Positions 50,454 through 58,819 of a DNA stretch of 64,000 nucleotides are shown here, piece by piece; position 1 is the stretch's first letter, and every line of letters starts with the position of its first letter. Under the pieces are notes generated by a model. The model saw nothing but the letters and a program-made list of their open reading frames with translations, ran no database searches and was not told where the DNA came from. A program made the position numbers and the translations under genes. The stretch comes from Deltaproteobacteria bacterium (GTDB lineage: Bacteria; Desulfobacterota; Desulfobaccia; Desulfobaccales; 0-14-0-80-60-11): assembly GCA_016875015.1 (NCBI GenBank), contig VGSJ01000004.1, positions 4,084-68,083 of the forward strand. Direction: 5' to 3'.

Positions 50454-51404
50454 ATGGCTAAGCAAGCAAACAGAATGATGATCGGCGGTTTCGTGGTCCT
50501 CGCAGTGATCATTATGGCCGCCAGCCTGGTCGTATTCGGTTCGGGCAAATTCTTCCAGAAGACCAACAAATACGTTTTGTACTTCGATGAACCCGTCAAC
50601 GGATTGACTGTAGGCTCACCGGTGCTGTTCCAGGGCGTTCAGGTCGGGTCTGTGACCGGCATTACTCTCCAAGCCGACCTTGTGAATATGAAGACACAAA
50701 TCCCCGTCCTCATCGAAATCGATCCGGCCCGATGGAAGGTGCGAACCGGAGAAAGAGATTACCATAAAGTTGCGGCGAAGCTCATCGAAATGGGCCTGCG
50801 GGCCCAGCTGATTACGCAGAGTTTTATTACCGGGCAGTTAATGATCCAGCTTGATTTTTTCCCCAAGTCAAAAATCTGCTATGCTCCAGCACAAATCGAC
50901 AAAGACTATACGGACTATGTGGTAATTCCAACCTGCGCCTCCACCAGCGAACGGCTGGCCAGGGCTCTTGGTGATCTGGATCTCAAGGGGATAGAAAAGA
51001 ATTTGAATTCGAGCCTGGCCGGTATCGCTCAGCTCATTAACAACCCGGACCTGGCCGTCAGCCTTCGCGCCCTGAAAGATACGCTTCAGGAGGCCGGCAA
51101 GCTCGTCACCAGGGTGGACCGTCAGGTGGATCCGCTGGCGGACGACCTTAAAAAAACCGTTAAAGAATTCGGCAAGCTGGCCCGTGATGTTGACGCCCAG
51201 GTGGGAGGGCTGGCGACCGGTTTTGATAAAACCATGTCCGCGGCCAAAGGTGTCCTGTCCCAAGACTCACCGCTGATGGTAGAATTGGAGAACGCACTAA
51301 AGGAGATTTCCGCCATGAGCAGGTCAATTCGGCAGTTGACCAATTATCTTGATCAGCATCCCGAGGCCCTGATTCGCGGCAAAGGGAATCCTGGAGGGAA
51401 ATAA
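50454..51404 (+). CDS. mlaD: MCE/MlaD-family substrate-binding protein
   Basis: N-terminal TM, then the MCE domain YFDEPVNGLTVGSPVLFQGVQVGSV and a helical C-terminal half. Confidence 0.8.
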   Translation: MAKQANRMMIGGFVVLAVIIMAASLVVFGSGKFFQKTNKYVLYFDEPVNGLTVGSPVLFQGVQVGSVTGITLQADLVNMKTQIPVLIEIDPARWKVRTGERDYHKVAAKLIEMGLRAQLITQSFITGQLMIQLDFFPKSKICYAPAQIDKDYTDYVVIPTCASTSERLARALGDLDLKGIEKNLNSSLAGIAQLINNPDLAVSLRALKDTLQEAGKLVTRVDRQVDPLADDLKKTVKEFGKLARDVDAQVGGLATGFDKTMSAAKGVLSQDSPLMVELENALKEISAMSRSIRQLTNYLDQHPEALIRGKGNPGGK

Positions 51405-51405
51405 C

Positions 51406-52005
51406 ATGAGAATAGCGCTATTTTCTCGCGCCTTACCGGTCATCCTGGTGATGGCGGCCATCTTTTTGGGCGGCTGCCGGAGTCAGTCGCCGCGTTTTTA
51501 CACCTTGAGCCCGATACAGGAAGACCAGGTGATCTCCAAGAGGAAAAGCCCGGCCCAGAACGCGGTTATCGGCATCGGCCCCGTCAAGCTGGCCGATTAC
51601 CTCGACCAGTCTATGCTGGTCACCCGCACCAGCGACCATCAGGCGGTAAAAGCCGAGTTCGATCGATGGGTGGGCTCCTTCAAGGATAACTTCATTAATG
51701 TTCTGGCCGACAATCTTGGTTTTTTCCTGTCCACCGAACGGATTTATCTCTATCCCTGGCGCGTGTCCGTGCCCATCGACTACCAGGTGGTATTGGATGT
51801 CGTCCGTTGCGATGGCCGGTTGGGCGACGCCGCCTGGCTGGAGGCGCGCTGGAGCATCTTCGGGGGCCCGGGAAAAAAGCTGCTCAAAACTAATCGGTCC
51901 AGTATGCGCGAGCCGGTAAGCGGTGCGGATTATGCCGACTTGGTGGCGGCCCAGAGCCGGGCGCTGGCCAAGCTCAGCCAGGAGATTGCCGAGGCCATTC
52001 AATGA
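51406..52005 (+). CDS. PqiC/YmbA-like auxiliary lipoprotein (DUF330)
   Basis: Lipobox FLGGC, then SPRFYTLSP, typical of ABC-type transport auxiliary lipoproteins. Confidence 0.7.
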   Translation: MRIALFSRALPVILVMAAIFLGGCRSQSPRFYTLSPIQEDQVISKRKSPAQNAVIGIGPVKLADYLDQSMLVTRTSDHQAVKAEFDRWVGSFKDNFINVLADNLGFFLSTERIYLYPWRVSVPIDYQVVLDVVRCDGRLGDAAWLEARWSIFGGPGKKLLKTNRSSMREPVSGADYADLVAAQSRALAKLSQEIAEAIQ

Positions 52006-52112
52006 GCCGGGAAGAACTGAAGCGAATCAGCGCGCCCGGCAAAGTTCACGGCCGTATCGGCAAGCTTGCCCCCCCGCCATCAGGTCCAAGTTGTTAGGGA
52101 TTGTATCGGGGG

Positions 52113-52276
52113 TGACGTGCCCCCTGAAAACCGGTCCACGAGTTAGGTCAGGGTAGTGGGTCGAAGGGGGCAGGGAGATGAGCAGGAAGCGGTTTAACCC
52201 GGAGCAGATCATCATAGCTTTGCACCAGGCGTAGGCTGCTCCAGCGGTGGCAGAAAGTCTAGAAGAATCAATCTGA
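52113..52276 (+). mobile_element. IS3-family relic (left inverted repeat plus a truncated orfA)
   Basis: TGACGTGCCCCCTGAAAACCGGTCCACGAGTTAG resembles IS3/IS911-type IRL as I recall it. ATG 52178 gives MSRKRFNPEQIIIALHQA, then TAG (52232), then scrambled VAE..LEESI remnants. Confidence 0.55.
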
Positions 52277-52450
52277 TCTCGCTTTGATGATTGTCGGTTC
52301 AGGTCTAGGTCATTACCCTTTAGATCTTGGCGAAAAACAATTCTGCCGCGCTGGATTATTTTCCAGGACGTTTTATCTTTAAGACAATTCCCCCGCGAGG
52401 CCCCGGCCCTGGGGGGGAACCATGAAACCATCGGCACAAGGGGTGAAATC

Positions 52451-52975
52451 ATGCTGCGGAAAACTTTAGCACTAGGATTGGGGTTGGCGCTGGCGCTGGT
52501 TTACGGCTGCGGCCAAAGCCCGCCGGCCACGGCCAAGTCAACGCTGGTCAATACCCAGGGGCAAAAGGTGGGGGAAGCCACCCTGACCGAGACGCCCCAG
52601 GGGGTGAAGATTGTGATGAAGGTCGAGAATCTGCCGCCCGGGGAGCACGCGTTCCACATCCACGAGAAAGGCGTCTGCGCCACGCCGGATTTTCAGAGCG
52701 CCGGCGGTCACTTTAATCCCGCCGGCAAGCATCACGGCATGAAGAACCCCGCCGGGCCTCACGCCGGCGACCTGCCCAATATTACGGCGGGCCCGGACGG
52801 CAAGGCCAACGTCGAGGTGGTGGCCAAACTGGTCACCCTGAAGGAGGGGGAAAAGAATTCTTTGTTCCAGGCGGGCGGGACTTCCCTGGTGATTCACGCC
52901 GGGGTGGATGACTATGTGACCGACCCCGCCGGCAACGCCGGGCCCCGCATCGCCTGCGGGGTGATCACCCGGTAG
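52451..52975 (+). CDS. sodC: Cu,Zn superoxide dismutase (lipoprotein form)
   Basis: Lipobox [49 protein letters not shown]. Confidence 0.9.
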   Translation: MLRKTLALGLGLALALVYGCGQSPPATAKSTLVNTQGQKVGEATLTETPQGVKIVMKVENLPPGEHAFHIHEKGVCATPDFQSAGGHFNPAGKHHGMKNPAGPHAGDLPNITAGPDGKANVEVVAKLVTLKEGEKNSLFQAGGTSLVIHAGVDDYVTDPAGNAGPRIACGVITR

Positions 52976-53058
52976 GGGAACGGCGATCCTTGAGGGGAGG
53001 ACCGGGCCTTCCCATCCTCCCCGCCCACCCCCGGCTACCGGACCGAGGCCCGGGCGGA

Positions 53059-53163
53059 TTATTTATCTTGGGGGAGCAGCCTGATGGACCGGCCACAGAC
53101 GGTCAGATAACGCGCCGGACACCAGTCGCACAGGTAATGCCTGCTGCCGGGGACCAACCGCAT
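53059..53163 (-). CDS. Possible degenerate Trm112/YcaR-like zinc-ribbon remnant (very tentative)
   Basis: MRLVPGSRHYLCDWCPARYLTVCGRSIRLLPQDK. The C-x2-C-x3-Y-x4-G-x4-L spacing matches the C-terminal half of Trm112/UPF0434 proteins. The N-terminal CPxC half is absent. It lies downstream of msbA. Confidence 0.2.
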   Translation of the reverse strand: MRLVPGSRHYLCDWCPARYLTVCGRSIRLLPQDK

Positions 53164-53333
53164 CCAGAATTTTCGCCGCCGGCGCCCGATAAACCCCTTC
53201 CCACCGAGGGGACCTGCTGTCTGTTGCCTAGTCCCTGGCATGGCCGCCTCTCACGGCAAATAGAGCAATGATTCGTTAAGAGTATGTCACCTGCAAATCT
53301 TTTCCTCGCAGGCCCTAATTATATGAAATGGCA

Positions 53334-55148
53334 TCAGGTCGGACTCGAACTTTTCACTTCGCCGCCTCCTGGCGCCAGGTGATCGTCGTTGGCGTGGCTG
53401 GCGGTTTCCTCCCTGGCGAACTGCATCTCATACAGGCGGCGGTAGAGGCCGTCCGCGGCCAGGAGTTCGGCGTGGCTGCCGATTTCCCTGATGCGGCCGT
53501 CTTCCATGGCGATGATGCGGTCGGCGTTCCTGACGGTGGAGAGGCGGTGGGCGATGACCAGGGTGGTGCGCCCGATGATGAGCCGGTCCAGGGCCTGCTG
53601 CACCTCCCGTTCGGATTCGGAGTCCAGGCTGGAGGTGGCTTCGTCCAGGATGAGGATGGGCGGGTCTTTGAGCAAAGCCCGGGCGATGGCCAGACGCTGG
53701 CGCTCGCCCCCCGAGAGGCGCACCCCCTGTTCCCCGATGAGGGTGTCCAGGCCCTGGGGCATGGCCATGACAAAGTCGTGGGCGTGGGCGTCCTTGATGG
53801 CGCTGATGATTTCGGCCTCAGTGGCGGCGAGGTTGCCGTAAGAAACGTTGTGGCGCACGGAGTCGTTGAAGAGGATGGTCTGCTGGGTGACCACGCCGAC
53901 CTGGCCCCGGAGTGAGGCCAGGGTGACGTGCCGGATATCATGGCCATCGATCTTGATGGCGCCGCCGGTGGCGTCGTAGAAGCGGGGCAGGAGATTAAGC
54001 AGGGTGGATTTGCCGGCCCCGGAGGGGCCCACCAGGGCCACCACTTCGCCCCGCCGTACGGTGAAGTCGATGTCGTGGAGGACGTTTTCCCGGCCGTCGT
54101 AGGCGAAGCTGACCGCCGCGTAGCTGATCTCTTGGCCCAGGGGAGGCAGGGTCACGGCCCCGGGGGCGTCTTGAATCTCCGGCTCCCGGTCCATGAGGCC
54201 GAAGACCCGCACCGCCGCGGCCAGACCTTCCTGGAAGACGTTTTGCACTGAGCTCAGGCTCTTGATGGGCTGATAGAGCATGAGGAGGGCGGCCAGAAAG
54301 GAGAAGAAGGTACCCGGGGTGGAGATGCCCTGAATGACGGCCTTACCGCCATACCAAATAATGCCGGCCATCCCCAGGGAGCCTAAAAACTCCATCACCG
54401 GCGGGGACAGTTCCCGGGTGGCGTTCAGTTTCATGCGAATATTAAAATAATCCCAGTTGGCCCGGGAAAAGCGCTGTTCTTCGTAGGTTTCCCGGGCGAA
54501 GGCCTTGACGATGCGCTGGCCGATGAGGGACTCCTGGAGCACGGTGTAGAGATAGGCGTTGGCCACCTGGGTCGCCTGGGAGATGCGGCGGACGAGTTTG
54601 CCCAGGTGCACGATGATGAGGACCGCCAGGGGGAAGACCACCATGGACATGAGGGCCAGGCGCCACTCCTGGTAAAAGATCACCGCAGTGAGGCCGATGA
54701 CCGTGAAGGTGTCTTTGAAGAAGCTGGTCACCACCCGGGTCACCGCGTCCTGGAGCAGGTTGACGTCGTAGGTGAGGCGGCTCATGAGCACCCCGGTGGC
54801 CTCGCCGTCGAAGAAGGACAGGGGCTGGCGCTGGATGGAGGCAAAGAGACCATCCCTCAGGCGGGTGACGGTGGCGTTGCCGATGTAGCTCATCTGGTAG
54901 TTGTGGGTGTAGGACAAAAACCCCTTGACGAGATAGAGGACCACCACAATACCCGCCAAGGGGAGGAGCATATTTTCCCGCTTGGCGAAAAAGACGTCGT
55001 CCAGGACGGGCTTTACCATGTAGGCCAACAGCGCGGTGAGCCCCGAGACCCCCAGCATGGCGGCGATGGCTGCGGCCATGCGCCATTTGTGGGGCTTTAA
55101 GTACGTGAGCAGGCGGAAGTAAAGCCGCAGGTCAGCTAGGTTGATCAT
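53334..55148 (-). CDS. msbA: ABC exporter, fused permease/ATPase (MsbA-like lipid flippase)
   Basis: Six TM helices, Walker A GPSGAGKST, signature LSGGERQRLAIARA, Walker B ILILDEATSSLD. ATG at 55148 is preferred over 55211. Confidence 0.8.
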   Translation of the reverse strand: MINLADLRLYFRLLTYLKPHKWRMAAAIAAMLGVSGLTALLAYMVKPVLDDVFFAKRENMLLPLAGIVVVLYLVKGFLSYTHNYQMSYIGNATVTRLRDGLFASIQRQPLSFFDGEATGVLMSRLTYDVNLLQDAVTRVVTSFFKDTFTVIGLTAVIFYQEWRLALMSMVVFPLAVLIIVHLGKLVRRISQATQVANAYLYTVLQESLIGQRIVKAFARETYEEQRFSRANWDYFNIRMKLNATRELSPPVMEFLGSLGMAGIIWYGGKAVIQGISTPGTFFSFLAALLMLYQPIKSLSSVQNVFQEGLAAAVRVFGLMDREPEIQDAPGAVTLPPLGQEISYAAVSFAYDGRENVLHDIDFTVRRGEVVALVGPSGAGKSTLLNLLPRFYDATGGAIKIDGHDIRHVTLASLRGQVGVVTQQTILFNDSVRHNVSYGNLAATEAEIISAIKDAHAHDFVMAMPQGLDTLIGEQGVRLSGGERQRLAIARALLKDPPILILDEATSSLDSESEREVQQALDRLIIGRTTLVIAHRLSTVRNADRIIAMEDGRIREIGSHAELLAADGLYRRLYEMQFAREETASHANDDHLAPGGGEVKSSSPT

Positions 55149-55259
55149 AGGGCGTGTGGGGTTAACGCGAGCATTTCCCCATATATACTTTATCGGCGGG
55201 CATTTTTCCAATAAAATCCCGGTCTAAGAGAATCGGCACTCCAGAATTCAGCCAACCCC

Positions 55260-55862
55260 TCAGGTCAGGGTGATGACTTTGTCGGCCAGCTGCATGGCGG
55301 TGACGATGTCCAGCATGTTGGTGGTTTCCCCCACCTGCTTGGCCTCCAGGAGCTTGAAGTGGCTGAGGCAGGTGCCGCACACCAGGAGCCTGACCCCGGA
55401 TTGCGAAAGCCCCTTAAGACCGGCCAGGACCTCGGAGCCGGCCACGGCCAGCTTCACCCCGGCATTCACCAGGACCACGCACCACAGATCCGGCCCCATT
55501 TCCTTGAGGGTGGCGATGAAATTGGCCATAAGCCTGGCCCCCAGGTCTTCATCGCCCCGCCCCAACCGGTCGGCGCCCATGAGAATGAGGATTTTGCGCC
55601 GGGCCTCCTCCGGGTTCTCCACGAACACATGGCAAGCGCCGGCGTCCGCCCGGGAGCCGGTGACCGCGCTGGCGTCTCCCTGCGCCTCCACGCTGACCTG
55701 AAAACCGGCGCGCTGGAGGAGGCGGCTGACATTTTCCTGGGCCGCGGGGTTGTCCACCAGCACGGTGAGCTGCTGCACGTCGCCCTGGTCGATGAGTTCC
55801 TTGGTCTTGATCACCGGGTTGGGACAGGCCAACCTCCGACAGTCCAGTGTTTTTCCCAACAT
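55260..55862 (-). CDS. yedF: Selenium-metabolism protein YedF (TusA-like plus DsrE-like domains)
   Basis: LDCRRLACPNPVIKTKE (TusA CPxP motif) and the C-terminal LLVCGTCLSHFKL. Confidence 0.8.
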   Translation of the reverse strand: MLGKTLDCRRLACPNPVIKTKELIDQGDVQQLTVLVDNPAAQENVSRLLQRAGFQVSVEAQGDASAVTGSRADAGACHVFVENPEEARRKILILMGADRLGRGDEDLGARLMANFIATLKEMGPDLWCVVLVNAGVKLAVAGSEVLAGLKGLSQSGVRLLVCGTCLSHFKLLEAKQVGETTNMLDIVTAMQLADKVITLT

Positions 55863-55904
55863 GGTCTCACTCTCTCCTCTATGGTTAATCGATGTTAGTT
55901 AAAT

Positions 55905-55925
55905 GTAGGGCGGGCACTGCCCGCC
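55905..55925. repeat. REP family A unit
   Basis: Sequence gtagggcgggcactgcccgcc. Confidence 0.8.
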
Positions 55926-56000
55926 ATAATTACGGTTTCAATTTTCATAATTTTCGGGTGAGCCAATGGCTCAGGCGCGGCTGCGTTGACAAGTTCTTAG

Positions 56001-56047
56001 GGAGGTGCGCAGTGCGCCCCCTACCTGGCGGGCAGTGCCCGCCCTAC
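56001..56047. repeat. REP family A units (a variant plus a canonical unit)
   Basis: ggaggtgcgcagtgcgcccccta and ggcgggcagtgcccgccctac. Confidence 0.8.
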
Positions 56048-56075
56048 ACTGTTACTGTGCCGTGGCGGTAGCGGC

Positions 56076-56588
56076 TTATTTATCCACTTTGGCCACGGGA
56101 TAATCGGTTTCCATCCAGGCCTTGATACCGCCGGGATGCCGGTAGACGTTCTGGTAGCCCAGCTTTACCGCCCCCAGGGCGCCGTTGTGGCTCCGGGTGC
56201 ATTTAACGAAACCGCAATAGAACACCAGGGTCTTATCCTTGTCGGGTCCTAAGAATTTCTCGAATTTCGCCTTGGCGGCGTCGTCCATTTCCTTCACTTC
56301 CGGGATGGGAAACTCATACTGCACCGCGCCGGGGATGTGGTTCTTTCTGTAACTGTCTTCCAGGGGCATGGTGTCGATAATCATCATGGGTTTCTTCTGG
56401 TCGATCCAGCCCTTCAGTTCCGGGGTGGTCACCAGTTTGTAGCCGCCCCGGCTCACTTCCTGGGATAAGGTGACGGAGGTCTTTTCCAATTCCAACTCTT
56501 TGCCGGACCATGATTGGCCGCAGCCCACCAGGGCCAACGCCGCGATGCCCATGAGTCCACCCATTAAGAAGCTGTACTTTTTGGTCAT
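56076..56588 (-). CDS. Rhodanese-domain lipoprotein
   Basis: Lipobox ALVGC. Active-site loop YCGFVKCTRS. 170 aa. Confidence 0.8.
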   Translation of the reverse strand: MTKKYSFLMGGLMGIAALALVGCGQSWSGKELELEKTSVTLSQEVSRGGYKLVTTPELKGWIDQKKPMMIIDTMPLEDSYRKNHIPGAVQYEFPIPEVKEMDDAAKAKFEKFLGPDKDKTLVFYCGFVKCTRSHNGALGAVKLGYQNVYRHPGGIKAWMETDYPVAKVDK

Positions 56589-57154
56589 TTTATCATTTCT
56601 CCTTTCAGCAGTATGTTTAGTTTTGCGATCCAGAGGCTTTGGGGCGTTCGACTCCGCCGCCGCCAGTAGAGAAAAAGAGTTGCCCCGATCATAATGAGGT
56701 CGCGCCGGAACGCGGTTTTGACGCGGTGTTGGGCGTCCAGTTCATCCGCGGTGAAACAGCCGCAGTCGATGTCCAGGTTGTGCCAGACGGCGTATCCCAG
56801 GACCATCAGGAAAATCAGGAGCAAAATCGCAATAATGGTGAGACTGCCCCGGACTTCGAAGATTAGCCCCAGGCCGGCCAGCAGCTCCAGGGCCGGCAGG
56901 CCCACGGCCACCAGGGGCAGCAGACCCTCGGGGAGCAGGTCATACTGGGCGATGGCGTGGGCAAAGGCCCGGGGATCGAGGAGTTTGACAAACCCCGCAT
57001 AGATGAAGACGCAGGCCAGCCCCAGTCTCAGGCAATGGTAAAGCCAGGTCAAGCCGGCCTCCCAACCGCGGTCAGCATGCGGCCGAAACCGGCCTGAGTT
57101 GTCGGCCACGGATAGTTCCTGGCAGGTTTTGGGTTTGACGTCGATTTTCGGCAA
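56585..57154 (-). CDS. MauE/DoxX-family membrane protein
   Basis: LGLACVFIYAGFVKLLDPRAF, ALELLAGLGL and a CGCF motif. TTG start is uncertain. Its stop overlaps the rhodanese start. Confidence 0.7.
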   Translation of the reverse strand: MPKIDVKPKTCQELSVADNSGRFRPHADRGWEAGLTWLYHCLRLGLACVFIYAGFVKLLDPRAFAHAIAQYDLLPEGLLPLVAVGLPALELLAGLGLIFEVRGSLTIIAILLLIFLMVLGYAVWHNLDIDCGCFTADELDAQHRVKTAFRRDLIMIGATLFLYWRRRSRTPQSLWIAKLNILLKGEMIK

Positions 57155-57759
57155 GCTAATAGCCTTTCAGGGGGTTTAGGCGAAATTAAACCAGAGACCG
57201 GCCAGGGCCGGATGCGGCCTCAGGCCTGGTTAAGGCGGGTAAGGTCTGGGGGCGCGGCCGGGACCAACCCCCGAGAAGGGGCCTGGCCGCGGCCGGCAAC
57301 CGGGCGCGCTAAAGTGCGGCGCCCTTCACTGCTTCCGAAGAGAGCGGCGTTAACGTCGGTAGGCCGAAAAATTGACGAGATCAGTCTGAAGGGTTACTGC
57401 AAGGGGGGGATTGAACCAGGACTGCGGCGTAGAGAAAGTTCCCGGCGATCAGCCCCACCCTTGTCCGGCCTCCGAATCCAGAGCCTTACCAAGGCTCCCC
57501 GGACGCCGGTGCTTCAGGATTTCAAAGGCGTGAAAAAGAGCGGCCGATTCACCAGGATCACCTCCTCGAAGAGAAATTCTCGGGAAATAATAATAGAGAA
57601 CCGGCCAGGAATCAAGAGGTTTTTTTCCGGCCACCGGATGGGGGTTGACGAGGAGGAACATCGCCGCCAGGGTGCGCCAGGTGTAACCGCCTGGGCGCCT
57701 GAGCGAGTCCTACCGATGGCCGGCGGCAGGGCTCGGAGCCCGCGTGACCCCCCGGCGGG

Positions 57760-57788
57760 TTGACAGACCTCTTCCGGTGGGGTAAATG
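57760..57788 (+). promoter_or_regulatory. Sigma70-like promoter upstream of the lytic transglycosylase gene
   Basis: TTGACA (57760-57765), 17-nt spacer, TAAATG (57783-57788). Confidence 0.4.
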
Positions 57789-57830
57789 CTTACCGAACGA
57801 CATTCTTCCGACCGTCAGGATTACCCTATT

Positions 57831-58811
57831 ATGGCGCTGCTTATCATATTTGTGCTGGCCGGCCTGTGGCTCCTCCCCGGCGGGGTGGGGGCGGGTCCCG
57901 GCCTGCCCCTGGGGCCGCCGCCGGCGGCGGCCCCAGGCGAGGCCGGGCGCTTTCCCTACTTTGCGGCGCCCACCCAGGCATTCCTTTGCGGCGAGCCGGT
58001 GCCCCTTAATGAGCCGGGGGTCAAGGAGGCCCTGGACCGGGAGTTCACCATTGAGGTGTGGAGCCGGGCTCAGACCACCATGTGGCTGAAACGGGCCCAC
58101 CGCTACTTTCCGGAAATCGAACGGAAACTGCGGGCCCGGCGGCTCCCCCTGGACCTGAAATACGTGGCTCTGGCGGAGAGCGACCTGCGCACCCTGGCCC
58201 GGTCGAGCGTCGGCGCCCTGGGCCCCTGGCAGTTCATGGCCCCCACGGCCCAGCAGCTCCAGTTGCGGTGCGATAAAGCCATAGACGAGCGCCTGAATTT
58301 CGGCGTCTCCACGGACGCGGCCCTGACCCACCTGGAACACCTGCACCGGTTGTTCCGCAACTGGCCCCTGGCCCTGGCGGCCTACAACGCCGGGGAAGGC
58401 CGGGTGCAGAAAGCCATCGCCGTCCAGGGGGTCAATAACTACTATCACCTGAGCCTGCCGGAGGAGACCGAGCGCTATATCCACCGCATCCTGGCGGCCA
58501 AGATCATCATGGAGGACCCGGAACGCTACGGCTTCGCCATTCCTGAGGCGCAGCTCTATCCGCCCCTTGCTTATGACGAGGTCCGGCTTACCCTGGCCCA
58601 GGAGGCGCCGGTCAGGAGACTGGCGGAGGCCAGCGGCACGTATTACAAGGTCATCAAGAACCTCAACCCCTGGATCAAGGGTGATTCCCTGGCCCCGGGG
58701 ACCTTTCGCCTGAAAATTCCCCAGGGGTCGGCCCCCCGCTTTGAGGCAATCATGCGTCAGCCGGAGCCGGCCGCACCGGCTGCCCCCGGGGCCGGGACTA
58801 ATAAGCAGTGA
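57831..58811 (+). CDS. Lytic transglycosylase (SLT domain) protein
   Basis: Signal peptide MALLIIFVLAGLWLL. ALAESDL catalytic Glu, GPWQFM, AYNAGEG. ATG 57831 is preferred because ATG 57786 overlaps the putative -10 element. Confidence 0.8.
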   Translation: MALLIIFVLAGLWLLPGGVGAGPGLPLGPPPAAAPGEAGRFPYFAAPTQAFLCGEPVPLNEPGVKEALDREFTIEVWSRAQTTMWLKRAHRYFPEIERKLRARRLPLDLKYVALAESDLRTLARSSVGALGPWQFMAPTAQQLQLRCDKAIDERLNFGVSTDAALTHLEHLHRLFRNWPLALAAYNAGEGRVQKAIAVQGVNNYYHLSLPEETERYIHRILAAKIIMEDPERYGFAIPEAQLYPPLAYDEVRLTLAQEAPVRRLAEASGTYYKVIKNLNPWIKGDSLAPGTFRLKIPQGSAPRFEAIMRQPEPAAPAAPGAGTNKQ

Positions 58812-58819
58812 GGCCATAA

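Noticed and set aside
53031-53045. Recurrence of GGCTACCGGA, the arm of the 47872 palindrome, considered as a second mobile-element end
   Set aside because: A single 10-mer match in 128 kb of double-stranded search space is within chance expectation, and no partner repeat lies nearby.
53242-53260. In-frame TGA just upstream of the small ORF at 53059-53241, considered as a selenocysteine codon
   Set aside because: The upstream extension is only a few codons long before further disruption. There is no plausible SECIS-like hairpin directly downstream of the TGA, and the extended product resembles no selenoprotein family.
57188-57205. B12-box-like string CCAGAGACCGGCC suggesting a cobalamin riboswitch
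   Set aside because: The match is imperfect (one base short of the consensus). The rest of the aptamer would have to lie inside the MauE-like coding region on the wrong strand, and no B12-related gene lies downstream.
57395-57425. T-loop-like GGTTCAATCC (minus strand) examined as a possible tRNA-Sec or tmRNA 3' end near the selenium genes
   Set aside because: The flanking bases cannot form a T-stem or acceptor stem, and no UCA anticodon loop with a proper stem was found. I see no selC in this window.
57449-57661. 70-aa minus-strand ORF upstream of the MauE-like gene
   Set aside because: Its third-position GC is about 50 percent, versus much higher in real genes here. It has no RBS and no recognisable motif, and it is immediately preceded by an in-frame stop.
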